Notes: a model not told the origin generated them from the sequence alone. Shown: positions 36,831 through 47,745, counted from the stretch's first letter. The stretch: DNA of 64,000 bases from a virus (IMGVR_UViG_3300020048_000093:13745-77744), one strand, 5' to 3'. Made by a program: numbers and translations.

Positions 36831-37669
36831 TACAGATGACGATCATGCCGAAAGATGATTATCTCGCCATGCTGAACGCCAGGATGAAATTTATTGGATC
36901 AGGAAGTATGCCTGCAACTTCCAGCGCCTTCAAGGCGGCGGCAAGTGTTGTTGCTACGGTCTGGAAGGGTTACGCGACAGGAACAGCTATTCCGGGAAGT
37001 GAAAAACCGATAAAAAGTGCATCGTATGCTGCCGGGGTAAAAGTACTTCAAGGTGGGCCTTTTGAATACACAATTTACAATGATTCCAAAATGGCGCAAT
37101 CCATAGAGGACGGAACACCTGAGCTCGATATGAAAACAACACATCCATACGGCCCTAAAAGCCGGGTGGCGAACAAGGGGACAAAATCGCACCCAAGATG
37201 GGTACCGTATTTGATTATTCCAATACGTTGGGGGACTCCTGGTTCAGGAGGACACTTCAGGAACATTATTCCGGAGCAGGTATATGCGATGCTTCGGGCA
37301 CAAATGAAGGCAGGGGAATTCGTCCGAACTTCTGTAAAGAAGACGACTCATCTCGAAGCAAACTTCGCAGGAGAAGGTGTTCCTCGTGCCGAATATCAGG
37401 GAGAAAACGGACAAGATGGCTGGGGGTCTGTTCTGAATGGAATAGGCGGAAACATGGAAGGAATGTCTGTCATGAATAATGACTCTGGAAAGAAAAAAAG
37501 TTCCGGATATATGACATTCAGGATTATTTCTGCAGAATCACCGGTTGGATCATGGATCAAACCTGCGGTTCCTGCCAGAAATATTTCACGCCTTGTTGCT
37601 GAAAACACACGGGATATTGTTACAGAAATGATACAATCAGGAATATTAAAGGACATTGGTAAGATATGA
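36827..37669 (+). CDS. Tail completion / neck protein
   Basis: IEDG...DMK...YLIIPIR...YMTFRIISAESP..SWI motifs; position. Confidence 0.7.
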   Translation: MIQMTIMPKDDYLAMLNARMKFIGSGSMPATSSAFKAAASVVATVWKGYATGTAIPGSEKPIKSASYAAGVKVLQGGPFEYTIYNDSKMAQSIEDGTPELDMKTTHPYGPKSRVANKGTKSHPRWVPYLIIPIRWGTPGSGGHFRNIIPEQVYAMLRAQMKAGEFVRTSVKKTTHLEANFAGEGVPRAEYQGENGQDGWGSVLNGIGGNMEGMSVMNNDSGKKKSSGYMTFRIISAESPVGSWIKPAVPARNISRLVAENTRDIVTEMIQSGILKDIGKI

Positions 37670-38379
37670 TAGTAATACTCAACAAGGGTACAATGATTGA
37701 AGACGTTCTCATATCAGAATTCAAGCAATACCTTGAGGAGATTCATTTCAGCGAATTATACCCGGTTATTGGAAGCGTTCGAATAACGAATGAACATCCT
37801 TTTGCACTTCTGCTCAATCAGCAGTCAAATGGCGTATCATTTACCGGGCAGCTTTTTCCCTGCATAACCGTTGTTTCCGGAAGTGACGAGAAAGTCGGAC
37901 CACTCACCGAATACCATGATCGAACCGATTTCAGTCTTGTTTCCAGTGATGTATCACTGATAAAGGAAGCCGGGTATCAGATTTCCCAGGGATCGATTGA
38001 CTGGCTCAATGCGTATTTTGTTGACCATGAGACCATTTACGGTCAAACTGCGGTAGGGCAACGCAGGGATCATATAACAGTCGAAATATGGTCAGAAAAC
38101 ATACAGTTAAAAAATGAACTGTATAATATCGTTGAAATGTTTCTATGCGGCCCCAAAAGAGATTTGCTTTCAACAAAGCATAGCATTACCGTTACCGATG
38201 ATACGGTTCGGGGCCAGCGAAGCGGAAACTACAATCTCGATTTTGGTCAGCTTTTATATGGCGGGCAGATTTCTTTTGAGGCGGACTATTTAATCGAGCA
38301 ATCGGTACTCGATACGGATATTATAGATACGAATAATGATGTTATACTGGAGGTAGTAAATCATGTCAGAACCGGCTAA
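37666..38379 (+). CDS. Putative tail terminator
   Basis: Position immediately before the sheath gene; FPCITV motif. Confidence 0.6.
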   Translation: MIVILNKGTMIEDVLISEFKQYLEEIHFSELYPVIGSVRITNEHPFALLLNQQSNGVSFTGQLFPCITVVSGSDEKVGPLTEYHDRTDFSLVSSDVSLIKEAGYQISQGSIDWLNAYFVDHETIYGQTAVGQRRDHITVEIWSENIQLKNELYNIVEMFLCGPKRDLLSTKHSITVTDDTVRGQRSGNYNLDFGQLLYGGQISFEADYLIEQSVLDTDIIDTNNDVILEVVNHVRTG

Positions 38380-38551
38380 AACGAGTGTACCTGAGGATCG
38401 TAAAATGGGTGTGACGCAATTCCTGGGGACCCATCCACAGGAAATGAACGGGATAGGCGAGTTGGTAAAATCGCTCTATGCAGGAAAGATTTTGACGGAA
38501 ATAGAATGGGCAAAGGAAATCGATACCCTTCTGTCTCGCAAGCTTAAATAA
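38363..38551 (+). CDS. Small conserved pre-sheath protein
   Basis: RBS ggagg; position. Confidence 0.6.
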   Translation: MSEPAKTSVPEDRKMGVTQFLGTHPQEMNGIGELVKSLYAGKILTEIEWAKEIDTLLSRKLK

Positions 38552-38562
38552 GGAGAGAAACA

Positions 38563-40293
38563 ATGGGAGTAAGACCTGCTATTTTTGAATCGGCCGGCAA
38601 GCGGTCGGAACACCTGATTCCTGGAGCGTATTCACGGAATAATACAGTGAGCGCTGCTTCTGGTGGTGTATCATCTTCGAACGGTGTCGTTATGGGCCAG
38701 TCAATCGGAGGAAAGCCGAATGTAATTTATTGGTTCTCGTCCGTAGCCGAGGCAGCTGATGTTCTTGTTAGTGGCCCGCTTCTTGAGGCTGTAGCGCACG
38801 CATTCAACCCCGGAGGTGGTTATACCCCACAGAAGATCGGTGCCATGCGCGTAAACCCCGGCACGCAGTCTGTTCGGTCGCTCAAAGCGTCTGCCGTGGA
38901 GATTCTTTCCGTAAAAAGCTGGGCATTCGGAGTCCATGCAAACCAGCTCAAAATGTGGCTGAAGAACGGAACCTTAGCCAATTCGAAGCGAGTTGATTTT
39001 TCCTACAAGGGAAGCGACACGATAACGGACAATATAATCCTGGACTCTTTTTCCCTGATATATACCGGACTTGGCTCTGCCTGTTCGGTAACAATCACAA
39101 AGACGGGAATTACGACGACCTGTACGGGGGCTGCGGGTGACGACCAGAACATTAGCTTCGCCTCGTTTGCAACCATCGGGGAGCTTGTTTCCAAATTCAA
39201 CGATACTTCGGTGTATACGGCTATTTTGCTCGATACGTCTTCATCGGCAGTAACGACAAATCTTGATACCGTATCCGGTGTTGCCATAAAGGCCGGTGTT
39301 ACCACCTTCAGAAGCAACATGTATGCTCTCAAGCTGGCTTTGGAAGCTTCGCCGTATGTAGACTCCGTGACATTTAACGATACCCAGGCCAACCGTATAG
39401 TGCCTGACGTTGACGCCGGGTATATCTACTTCAGCGGTGCCGTTGACGGAGCATACACCGTAACGGAATGGGCTGCCTCTCTTACCGCAATGGAAACCGA
39501 AGATGTACAGATGATTGCTACGCACTCTACGGACAATGCGGTGCATACACTCATCAAAAACCATTGCGTAGCCATGTCGAGCGTGACTAATCGCAGAGAA
39601 CGGTCATTCCTTCTGGGTGGAGCGATTGGGGAAAGCGTCGATAATGCAATTGTCGCGGCGAAAGCGTTTGGTACGCACAACGGATCGTATTGCTATCCGC
39701 ACATCACCACTAATAATCCGATGACCGGAGTCGTAGAAACCGTAAGTGCGGCCATTTTTGCATGTAAACTCCTGGGCATGGAAGCGAGTGTCGCTGTAAA
39801 CGAACCGCTTACCTGGAAGAGCGTCGATGTTCTTGCTTGGGGCAAGACGCTTTCCGTTACCGATACGGGCAAGCTGATCCAGGGTGGTGTACTAGCCGGT
39901 GGAATCACCGACGACAACCGGATTGCAGTAATTCGAGCCGTTACAACCAACCAGAGCGACGACCTGCAGCTGTGCGAGCGGTCGATGGTTCGCGAGGCCA
40001 ATTATATGGCCCGCGACCTTCGCGTCCGCATGACAAAAATGGTCGGGCGACCGGATGTACCCACATCGGGTGGATCCGAAGAATCCATTTTCATCATGGC
40101 TACGAAAGATTGGGCCGGAAGCGGACTGATTTATCCGAATGATAACGGGGATTTTTACTGGGGTCTGAGCATTGTGAAAAACGGCGATCAGACTTTCATC
40201 CGGTACAATGTATATTTGACCGCACCGAAGAATTTCTTCTTCATTACGGCCAACAACTACGTGTATTCATCCATTCAGTCCGTGGCGATATAA
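38563..40293 (+). CDS. Contractile tail sheath protein
   Basis: IPGAYS, G.S.GGKPN, HC..MS....RER, EPLTWK, IRAVTT motifs. Confidence 0.93.
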   Translation: MGVRPAIFESAGKRSEHLIPGAYSRNNTVSAASGGVSSSNGVVMGQSIGGKPNVIYWFSSVAEAADVLVSGPLLEAVAHAFNPGGGYTPQKIGAMRVNPGTQSVRSLKASAVEILSVKSWAFGVHANQLKMWLKNGTLANSKRVDFSYKGSDTITDNIILDSFSLIYTGLGSACSVTITKTGITTTCTGAAGDDQNISFASFATIGELVSKFNDTSVYTAILLDTSSSAVTTNLDTVSGVAIKAGVTTFRSNMYALKLALEASPYVDSVTFNDTQANRIVPDVDAGYIYFSGAVDGAYTVTEWAASLTAMETEDVQMIATHSTDNAVHTLIKNHCVAMSSVTNRRERSFLLGGAIGESVDNAIVAAKAFGTHNGSYCYPHITTNNPMTGVVETVSAAIFACKLLGMEASVAVNEPLTWKSVDVLAWGKTLSVTDTGKLIQGGVLAGGITDDNRIAVIRAVTTNQSDDLQLCERSMVREANYMARDLRVRMTKMVGRPDVPTSGGSEESIFIMATKDWAGSGLIYPNDNGDFYWGLSIVKNGDQTFIRYNVYLTAPKNFFFITANNYVYSSIQSVAI

Positions 40294-40305
40294 GGAGCTT
40301 GTAAT

Positions 40306-40794
40306 ATGGGATTACCCAACGTAAAAGAAAAAATCATAGCAACCGGTGCCGATCTTCAGATTCGCATAGGTATCGACACGACAACACCCGAGGAGATTAT
40401 CGGACTGGCAACCGGAATGAATTCCACAGAAAGCTTTCAGAACCAGGACGCCGTAGTCATTGGTAACTTGGGTCCGGTTTCGATTGACGCACAGGGATAC
40501 AATTGTTCGATAACAGTCAATTCATTCGTTCCTGCAAAAGGCACGTTTAATGGGACGCTTCAGTACGACGGAAGCGGGACCACAACCCTTGCAGAGAACA
40601 AGCCGTCGAGAGCCGATCTTATGTCTTCCGGAAAACCGAAATGCTTTGCATATCTTGACTTCTTCAACAAGAAGGAAAATAAGGTTATTGCGGCATTCAA
40701 GGGTGTAGTCGTTGATTCGTTCGGCATTCAGATCGAGGGAAATACGTATGTTCGCTCGAACATGCAACTTCGGGCACTGGAACAGACCATATGA
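40306..40794 (+). CDS. Tail tube protein
   Basis: Follows the sheath; IIGLA...VIGNLGP pattern. Confidence 0.85.
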   Translation: MGLPNVKEKIIATGADLQIRIGIDTTTPEEIIGLATGMNSTESFQNQDAVVIGNLGPVSIDAQGYNCSITVNSFVPAKGTFNGTLQYDGSGTTTLAENKPSRADLMSSGKPKCFAYLDFFNKKENKVIAAFKGVVVDSFGIQIEGNTYVRSNMQLRALEQTI

Positions 40795-41318
40795 GCGATC
40801 ATTTCGAATTCGAGATTGTCGATCCGCCGAAAGTTGAAGAGAAAAAACCAACCGAGGCGGAAAAAGCATCCCTTTTCGAGAGCATCTTGATGGGTAAGGA
40901 TATCACCACTAAAGTTACTACCTCACGGGGTGACTTTGTGGTGAAGTATCCAACCGGGAAGGACCTAGGGACAATAGACCGCATAAAGGCCATGCGCCGA
41001 AACGGGATCAGTGCCGATTCATTCGACGCCTTGGCCGGGTATACATCAACCGTTTATGCAACACTCGATGTCGTCGTAATAAAGGGTCCTGAATGGTTTG
41101 AAAAAGCCAAAAAGGATAAGCCGAATTTCAGTTTCGAGGGGGTGCCGGACGACGAGTTGATAAACGAACTCTACAGTCGGGCACTTGATTTTCGCAACAA
41201 TGTGCAAGGTCGAATTAAATCGGAAAGAGAAGATACAAAAGAAGCTTCCTTTGCCGGTCCTAAAGAAACTGTGGATGATGGAGCATTTTCGGGTATTGCC
41301 CACGGACCAACGACTTGA
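40791..41318 (+). CDS. Tail assembly chaperone
   Basis: Between tube and tape measure; ATLDVVVIKGPEW motif. Confidence 0.8.
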   Translation: MSDHFEFEIVDPPKVEEKKPTEAEKASLFESILMGKDITTKVTTSRGDFVVKYPTGKDLGTIDRIKAMRRNGISADSFDALAGYTSTVYATLDVVVIKGPEWFEKAKKDKPNFSFEGVPDDELINELYSRALDFRNNVQGRIKSEREDTKEASFAGPKETVDDGAFSGIAHGPTT

Positions 41319-41487
41319 TTTGATAAGCGACCGTCAGATTGACATGTTTTTCGAGTATGCAATGAGTTACACAGACGAAGCAGCACGCTGGGCATATCAG
41401 AAAGAAGACGAAAAGCATGATTTCGATGAAGAGCAGTTACGCGAAATCGGGTATACCGAAGAAGAAATTGCGGAGATAAATAAGTGA
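41275..41487 (+). CDS. Second tail chaperone segment (overlapping +1 frame; possible frameshift product)
   Basis: MMEHFRVLPTDQRLDL...; the open frame extends back to 41185 and overlaps the end of the first chaperone. Confidence 0.6.
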   Translation: MMEHFRVLPTDQRLDLISDRQIDMFFEYAMSYTDEAARWAYQKEDEKHDFDEEQLREIGYTEEEIAEINK

Positions 41488-43682
41488 CGAACGTAGGAAT
41501 AAAACTAAGTCTTGACTCTGCCGAAGCGGTAGCCAGCGCGAATGAAATGGCCCGTGCCTTCAAGGGAATGTCGTCCGCTATGGCTTCCGCTGCCGAAGGC
41601 GGAGATCCGCAAAAGGCCCGTGAATATGCTCAAGCCATGAAATCCATTCAAAACCTTCAGGATCCAAACGGAGGTCCCGGGGGAAGGGTCGGGCAGCAAG
41701 GACGTATGCAGAACGGAGCTCTGAGCGTCGTAAACTCCATGCCAGGGTATGTAAATACACTGGGTCGTGGAGACCTGGCGGGTGCTTCAATTTCTGCTTC
41801 CAGGGATATCAGTGGAGGAGTTCGCGGTGCCGGACGGGATGTTTTATCCGATGACAAGAACTCCGGATTAGGCAAAGCTTTAATGGGCGTTGGTATTGGC
41901 GGCGCAGTAATAGCCGGCTTGGCCGCAGGCGCAAACGCCATTGCAGAACAGTGGGAAAAGGTTCGAGAAGCTTCGATGGGACTCACGGCATCCCTTGAAA
42001 ATGTTGCCGGAGGCGCAGAAGAAAACGGAAAGAAAATCATACACGCATTCGCGTCGGCGGCAGAAGCGGCAAACAAATGGGGATATTCATCCGAAGAAGG
42101 CGTGGCAAATGCAAAAGCTCTGTCAAAATATGGACTAACCGAGAAAAGCGGTGTGTATTCTGCGTCAGAAAACGTTTTCAAGTTTGCCAGGACAACCGAT
42201 GTAGATCGTTCGCTGCTGGAGCAGGTGAAGGGCGGGGCATCCAGGTATGGGAAAGGCGCAAATGCTCTTGAGTATACCTTCGGTGGTTTGCAATCGGCCG
42301 GAATGCAAAAGGGTCAATATGCTGAATATCTTCAAATACTGTCAAAGATGTTTGAAGATTCCCTTTCCCGAGGTGTAGTTAAAGGATACGACAAACTTTC
42401 CGGTAACATGGCCTTGATGAATAAAATAGGCGGTGGAAATAATCCTTTATGGCAGGGAGAGCAGGGATACTCTCGATTCCAGTCTATGAACAATGGCGTT
42501 GTAAACGCAACAAACCTATCATCACTCACGGACGTAATGACATACAAGGCCGCGAAGTCATTGCTTGGAAAAGGCGCAAGCATTACTGATACCATGATGA
42601 TGATGGAGGGCGGAATAACGCCTGAATTAATGAAGAAACAGGCCGGCCAGATTTTTTCAAATCTTGGGCACGATCAAACAACCGTAAACGGTGCTCTAAA
42701 AAATATGTACGGATTGAATTGGACCGGAGCCGAGACTGTTCGTCAGTTTATGGAAAAGGGTGATTACGCCGGAGCTACGGCTTTAATAAAAGACCCTGGA
42801 AAATTCGAATCCGACGATTTACGAGCTCTAAGACTCCAAGAAAAGGTCTCTACCGATGTAGCAGTTATTGGTTCTACCTTCGCTGGATACAAAACCGATC
42901 TTATGTCGAAGCTTGAAAGCATGACAAGCACCCTGGTATATGCGATAAAAGGCGATATACGAAGCGACTTGCGACCAGGTGAAATATTATCTGGAGTATT
43001 TGGAAGAGTAGAACAGTCGGGAAGGCAAAAGGGGTTTGCTACCGATTATCTTTCGGAAAAGGCTGCGTCTGTTTTTTCTGGATCGCTTTCTAAAGGTTCT
43101 GATACAGAGGAATACATAAGAATGTCGGCGTTGGGAAAGAAACTCAAGGGGCTGACTTCTGAGCAAAGAGAGTATGCAAATTGGCACAACCTGTTCAATC
43201 CATCTGGAGATACAAGCGATTGGCGTTCATGGGCCTCTGCCGGAGAAAAAGGATTATTGACTCTTGAAGGTATGAAAAATATTCCTTCTGCACCAAAAAT
43301 ACACGAACCAGACAATCCTCTTTATGTTGGTAAAAAAGGGTCATATGTAGATCATGGCGGATACGTAGATACCTACATGAAAGAAGCCCTTGATTATAAA
43401 TTTACCTCACAAAAGCAAAAGGATGCTTTTAACAGTTCTGACGAAGCAAAGACGTTCATGAATCTCCTGAAGAACGACCGGTCAAATGGAGTTGATTCTT
43501 CAGAGTATAAATATCTGATCGAGGCGTTTAGGGAAATGCTACAAAATTATCAAGTAAAAGATTCGAATGGTTCGATAATTGGCATGGGATCAGCATTACA
43601 GGCAAATACTGATGCGATAAAAGCTTTGATTCCAAAGATGGATACGCTCACTATTGTTCGTGATGACGGGTATTCAGCGTGA
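41484..43682 (+). CDS. Tape measure protein
   Basis: Ala/Gly-rich helical 732 aa after the chaperones. Confidence 0.85.
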   Translation: MTNVGIKLSLDSAEAVASANEMARAFKGMSSAMASAAEGGDPQKAREYAQAMKSIQNLQDPNGGPGGRVGQQGRMQNGALSVVNSMPGYVNTLGRGDLAGASISASRDISGGVRGAGRDVLSDDKNSGLGKALMGVGIGGAVIAGLAAGANAIAEQWEKVREASMGLTASLENVAGGAEENGKKIIHAFASAAEAANKWGYSSEEGVANAKALSKYGLTEKSGVYSASENVFKFARTTDVDRSLLEQVKGGASRYGKGANALEYTFGGLQSAGMQKGQYAEYLQILSKMFEDSLSRGVVKGYDKLSGNMALMNKIGGGNNPLWQGEQGYSRFQSMNNGVVNATNLSSLTDVMTYKAAKSLLGKGASITDTMMMMEGGITPELMKKQAGQIFSNLGHDQTTVNGALKNMYGLNWTGAETVRQFMEKGDYAGATALIKDPGKFESDDLRALRLQEKVSTDVAVIGSTFAGYKTDLMSKLESMTSTLVYAIKGDIRSDLRPGEILSGVFGRVEQSGRQKGFATDYLSEKAASVFSGSLSKGSDTEEYIRMSALGKKLKGLTSEQREYANWHNLFNPSGDTSDWRSWASAGEKGLLTLEGMKNIPSAPKIHEPDNPLYVGKKGSYVDHGGYVDTYMKEALDYKFTSQKQKDAFNSSDEAKTFMNLLKNDRSNGVDSSEYKYLIEAFREMLQNYQVKDSNGSIIGMGSALQANTDAIKALIPKMDTLTIVRDDGYSA

Positions 43683-45067
43683 GGACTGTATATCAGAACC
43701 CCAGGCCGGCAATAGCCATATATCGGCCCGAATACGACAATGCCGTGTTCAGGCAAAATCTTGTGGTTGCGTATGATCCATATGCTACCGGTCCGGGAAC
43801 GGTTTCTACTGGCCTGCTGGCGTACACATTTAACGAGACAGTAAAAGGGATAGGAGGGTCATTCAGTTTCGAAGTAACCCCTGAAATGGATAACAAAGGA
43901 TCCACCTGGTATGAAAAGATAAACAAAATGGATCTCGTATACATACAAGAAGCAGGCGAGATACGGTATGTCGGAGTCATACACAAAAAAAGATATTCAT
44001 CCAGGATGACCGATAAGGGACCCGTCAGAACAATCTCATTTGATGGAGATTCGATAGGAGAAATGCTTAATCGCTTCCAGCTAATATTTGATTACAAGTT
44101 ATTCCCAACAATAGACGCAGAAACGGCCGGTCTAAAACTGGCAGATGCGATAAATGAAAAGGAAATAACGATAAAAGAGCTGTTTACCTCAATATATACC
44201 GCATTCATGGACATAACTGAGCAATACCACAATACCAATTCCGGTGTCAGAACTGTACTAGATGAATTTATATCGCTTGATAGGTGCGAGGATTCAAATG
44301 TTACGTATCTTATGCAGAATTCTTTTTATCAGCAGAATGTAAATACCATGATAGGAATGTGGCAAAACTACTTGCCATCTCCCGTGTATGAAATATTCGG
44401 AAGGTACAATAACAAAGTAAATAAACTGGAAATAATTGCAAGGGAGTGCCCGTTTGGAGATGATGAGTTTCTTGCACTGGATCAATATACAATCGACCCT
44501 GTGCAGGTTATTGATTACGACCTGTCGGAAAGCGATGACGAGGTATACACGGCATTTTATTCATATCTCGTAGGCGACCAGTTTGATAAATCGTTTTACA
44601 TGGCTGCAGACGGACTTGAAGGAAAGATGGTTTTGACAGACAGCGATAAATTCAAGATGTATGGGTTCAGACCGCTTGAGGCCACATTTCGCTTCTATTC
44701 TAAATCTAACTTCAAAGAAGATGCGAATATACTTGCCGATATGCACAAAAAATACAATGAAAAACTATGTAAGTGGTATAAAAATATCGACAACATGCTC
44801 GTTGGAACTATTACCATAAAAACGGACTGGTCCGGTAAAAGCTATCCAGTGGTAGGATGCAGACTGGGATGGATTGGAGCTCAGTTTTACATTCAGGACA
44901 TAGCACACTCATGGGCGTACGGGACCAGCCCGTCAATGAAAATCACAGTTATCAGAGGGTATCAATACGCAGGTTCTAAAACCGGAAAAATACGCAACGT
45001 CGGACAAGCATTAAAGGAATTCGAGAAACAGCAGCCGGAAAAAACAACCACACCAAGGAACGCATGA
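43679..45067 (+). CDS. Baseplate hub protein
   Basis: GGSFSFEV, YGFRPLEA, FYIQDIAHSW...TVIRG motifs. Confidence 0.75.
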   Translation: MRTVYQNPRPAIAIYRPEYDNAVFRQNLVVAYDPYATGPGTVSTGLLAYTFNETVKGIGGSFSFEVTPEMDNKGSTWYEKINKMDLVYIQEAGEIRYVGVIHKKRYSSRMTDKGPVRTISFDGDSIGEMLNRFQLIFDYKLFPTIDAETAGLKLADAINEKEITIKELFTSIYTAFMDITEQYHNTNSGVRTVLDEFISLDRCEDSNVTYLMQNSFYQQNVNTMIGMWQNYLPSPVYEIFGRYNNKVNKLEIIARECPFGDDEFLALDQYTIDPVQVIDYDLSESDDEVYTAFYSYLVGDQFDKSFYMAADGLEGKMVLTDSDKFKMYGFRPLEATFRFYSKSNFKEDANILADMHKKYNEKLCKWYKNIDNMLVGTITIKTDWSGKSYPVVGCRLGWIGAQFYIQDIAHSWAYGTSPSMKITVIRGYQYAGSKTGKIRNVGQALKEFEKQQPEKTTTPRNA

Positions 45068-45825
45068 TAATCACACAAGTTGTAAGGAACAATAAAAAGG
45101 TCACAAATAATCTTGACGGACGATCCATAACAGAGTCGCTTTCCCATAGATATGGCATCTGGGCAATCGTAAGCGCTGTTCATTCTGACAGTGTTTCGGT
45201 AGACGTTACCCTGGAAACGGGTTTTGCGGTCAAATACATTCCTGTTGCGAGCCGAGAGTGGTTTAATGATTCGGGAGAGAATGTTTCAGGCGAACGCGAT
45301 CTGCCTACAGTAGGTTCGCGAGTTTTTATCTTTATGCCTGATAAACGCATTGAAACAGGGTTTGTACTTTGTTCTGGATATAACCCTCTTTCTGCAAAGG
45401 GCGAGGCTGCCTTATCAGAATCCGGAAAAGAAAACGAGCGTCTTCAAATCCTTCCGGGTAACTGGAAACGGGTATATGATTACGTCACGGGAGATTTTAC
45501 CGAAACCTCACCGGACGAGTTGATTAAACTGACCGTAAAACCGGCAGGTACTGTAGAGATTTTAGCGTTTGACACGAAGATTACGGCAGCAAAAGACGAT
45601 TCGTTGACCATTGAGGCTTTTGACTGTACAATAATCATAAAAGACGGCGACGTAAGCCTGGTGGGTAAAAAGGTAACATTGTCGGGAACCGACGTGGTTT
45701 TAACGGGCGGAAAACTGACTACATCCGGAAGCGCATCACCTAGCGGTTCTGGGCCATATTGTGGAATTCCAGTGTGCCCATTTACAGGAGCACCTCATGT
45801 CGGAAACATTGTAATGGGGACATAA
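45064..45825 (+). CDS. Baseplate spike (gpV/gp45-like) with C-terminal metal-binding tip motif
   Basis: DLPTVGSRVFIFMP OB-fold motif; C-terminal GPYCGIPVCPFTGAPH. Confidence 0.8.
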   Translation: MIITQVVRNNKKVTNNLDGRSITESLSHRYGIWAIVSAVHSDSVSVDVTLETGFAVKYIPVASREWFNDSGENVSGERDLPTVGSRVFIFMPDKRIETGFVLCSGYNPLSAKGEAALSESGKENERLQILPGNWKRVYDYVTGDFTETSPDELIKLTVKPAGTVEILAFDTKITAAKDDSLTIEAFDCTIIIKDGDVSLVGKKVTLSGTDVVLTGGKLTTSGSASPSGSGPYCGIPVCPFTGAPHVGNIVMGT

Positions 45826-45826
45826 A

Positions 45827-46087
45827 ATGGCAATGGATAAAACCTTACTAGGAACGGCAATTGCAAATATAATTACGGATTCTACCGCCAGCTCCGAGGA
45901 TAAGGCAAAGGTAAAAGCTTTGTGGTCTGACATTGCCGGGGCAATAATTGATCATATCAAGACAAATGCAATCGTAACCACTCCCATATCGACTATTGTC
46001 GCTGGATCAGCAGCGGTAACTACAGCTCCGGGAGCGGCGGTTGTAACCGGATCCGGTTCCGGAACAGGAACGGGAACAATATCGTGA
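45827..46087 (+). CDS. Small spike-associated protein
   Basis: IAGAIIDHIKTNA.V...G.G.G.I pattern; follows the spike gene. Confidence 0.65.
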   Translation: MAMDKTLLGTAIANIITDSTASSEDKAKVKALWSDIAGAIIDHIKTNAIVTTPISTIVAGSAAVTTAPGAAVVTGSGSGTGTGTIS

Positions 46088-47745
46088 GTTACAATATGGT
46101 TCAAAAAGATATTTGGAAAAAATCATATTTGATTGAAATTCTGTCTGGTGACACGTTGTTTGACGCGTTTACATTTTCATTGCCTCCAGAATCGGAAGAG
46201 TTTGTCCAATCCCAAAGAAAAACAGAAACGAAAACATTCGGCGGATTATGGGTAGATGACTACGGTACTGATGCGGTAAAAATCAACCTGTCAGGTACTA
46301 CCGGAAACAGGGAGATGAAGAAAATATATCGCCCAGGGGTAAGGACCGGAAGCGATATGTTTTTAACCGGTGAAGAAGAAATTGCATACATAAGAGACAA
46401 TATTGTAAATTACAAAAACAGATACAAAAATGATTCCGGAAGCCTCAGGATGATGCTGTATGATCTGTCAAAGATAAGTGATTCATACAAGATGGAAAGC
46501 GGTGCATTTTCTACTGGATCAAATAGCTGGGAAGTTTTTCTCGGAGATTTCAAATATTCTCGCACAAAAGATAGACCATTTGTTTTCACCTATTCGATAG
46601 AATTTACCGGAATACCGTACACCAAAAAATCTACTCAATACGCACCGGCAAGAAATGAACCAGAGAAAATAATATCTACGGCAGAACGTATAAAGACAAA
46701 TCTGGACAAGCTTACCGAAAGTTATTTGTTTGCACAGGGAGTGTTGAAAACAATACAGGACGCAAAGGCAAAGGTTACAGCATTTGTTGACGAATATAAC
46801 CGCTATCTTTCATTGATAAATGGAATAGGTGACACGTGGGAGTCGATAACAAAGGAAATAACAGGAATACGAACATTCCTTCTGGATCAGACGCAACGAG
46901 TGTATGATTTATCGTTAAATGCCTGGACTGGCGGGATAAAAAACATAGGTAATTCAGTTAATGCAATAGCTGCGGAGTGCGTGGCCCTGTGGGAGTCACC
47001 AGACACACTTCCGGAACAATGGAAAACGAATGAGCAAAAGTATTATGATTCTACCGACCTTGTATTGCAGGAACTACAGGATGACTTCGCCTACCTAACG
47101 GCATCATCAAAATCGGCAGACACACCAGAACTCATACCAGTTCTCGACGAAGAGGGGAATCGATCCATTGAGGTTGTGTACGGAAATTTTGAAGTGGTCG
47201 TAGACAGCACAATGACGCTTGAAACAATCGCACAAAAGTACCTGGGAGATTCCGGTCTGGCTATTTTGATAGCCGCTTACAATGGCGTTTCCTCAATAAC
47301 CGATCTGGCACCAGGGGACACAATAAAAATCCCGGTAGTTCTTGACAAGTATTATAATTCTGAAAATCTTATTTACACTCCTTCTGAAGAAACCGACCAG
47401 CTTGGAAAAGACATTGCTTTGTCAGACAAGGAAATGCAGGTATCGGTAACAGGTGATTTTCTTCTGTCTTCAGGAACTGGCAATCTTTCACAGGCCATAA
47501 CCATGCGGCTGCAAGAAAATGTTGACAATCGTATTAAATGGTCTACATATGGAATAAAGAACACCATAGCCGATCCAGTTGCGAGTATTTCATATCTCAT
47601 CGCATCTATAAATGCAACCGTTACAGATGATCCGAGAGTATCAAACATTGAAAATCTGAGGATGAAAGGAATCGGTGATAAAATATCGGTTGCTTTCGAC
47701 TATACCTCGGCATCCGGTAAAGAATCATATTCAGGAGTTGTGTAA
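46084..47745 (+). CDS. Tube initiator plus LysM plus gp25-like wedge fusion
   Basis: INLSGTTG N-domain; LysM TLETIAQKYLG...IAAYNG...GDTIKIP; C-terminal NLSQAITMRL...DDPRVSNI. Confidence 0.72.
   Translation: MSYNMVQKDIWKKSYLIEILSGDTLFDAFTFSLPPESEEFVQSQRKTETKTFGGLWVDDYGTDAVKINLSGTTGNREMKKIYRPGVRTGSDMFLTGEEEIAYIRDNIVNYKNRYKNDSGSLRMMLYDLSKISDSYKMESGAFSTGSNSWEVFLGDFKYSRTKDRPFVFTYSIEFTGIPYTKKSTQYAPARNEPEKIISTAERIKTNLDKLTESYLFAQGVLKTIQDAKAKVTAFVDEYNRYLSLINGIGDTWESITKEITGIRTFLLDQTQRVYDLSLNAWTGGIKNIGNSVNAIAAECVALWESPDTLPEQWKTNEQKYYDSTDLVLQELQDDFAYLTASSKSADTPELIPVLDEEGNRSIEVVYGNFEVVVDSTMTLETIAQKYLGDSGLAILIAAYNGVSSITDLAPGDTIKIPVVLDKYYNSENLIYTPSEETDQLGKDIALSDKEMQVSVTGDFLLSSGTGNLSQAITMRLQENVDNRIKWSTYGIKNTIADPVASISYLIASINATVTDDPRVSNIENLRMKGIGDKISVAFDYTSASGKESYSGVV

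Noticed and set aside
41333-41353. QIDMF clamp-like motif in the tail chaperone segment
   Set aside because: It lies in a helical chaperone context without the cargo tag. Probably chance, and a reminder that short motifs give false positives.
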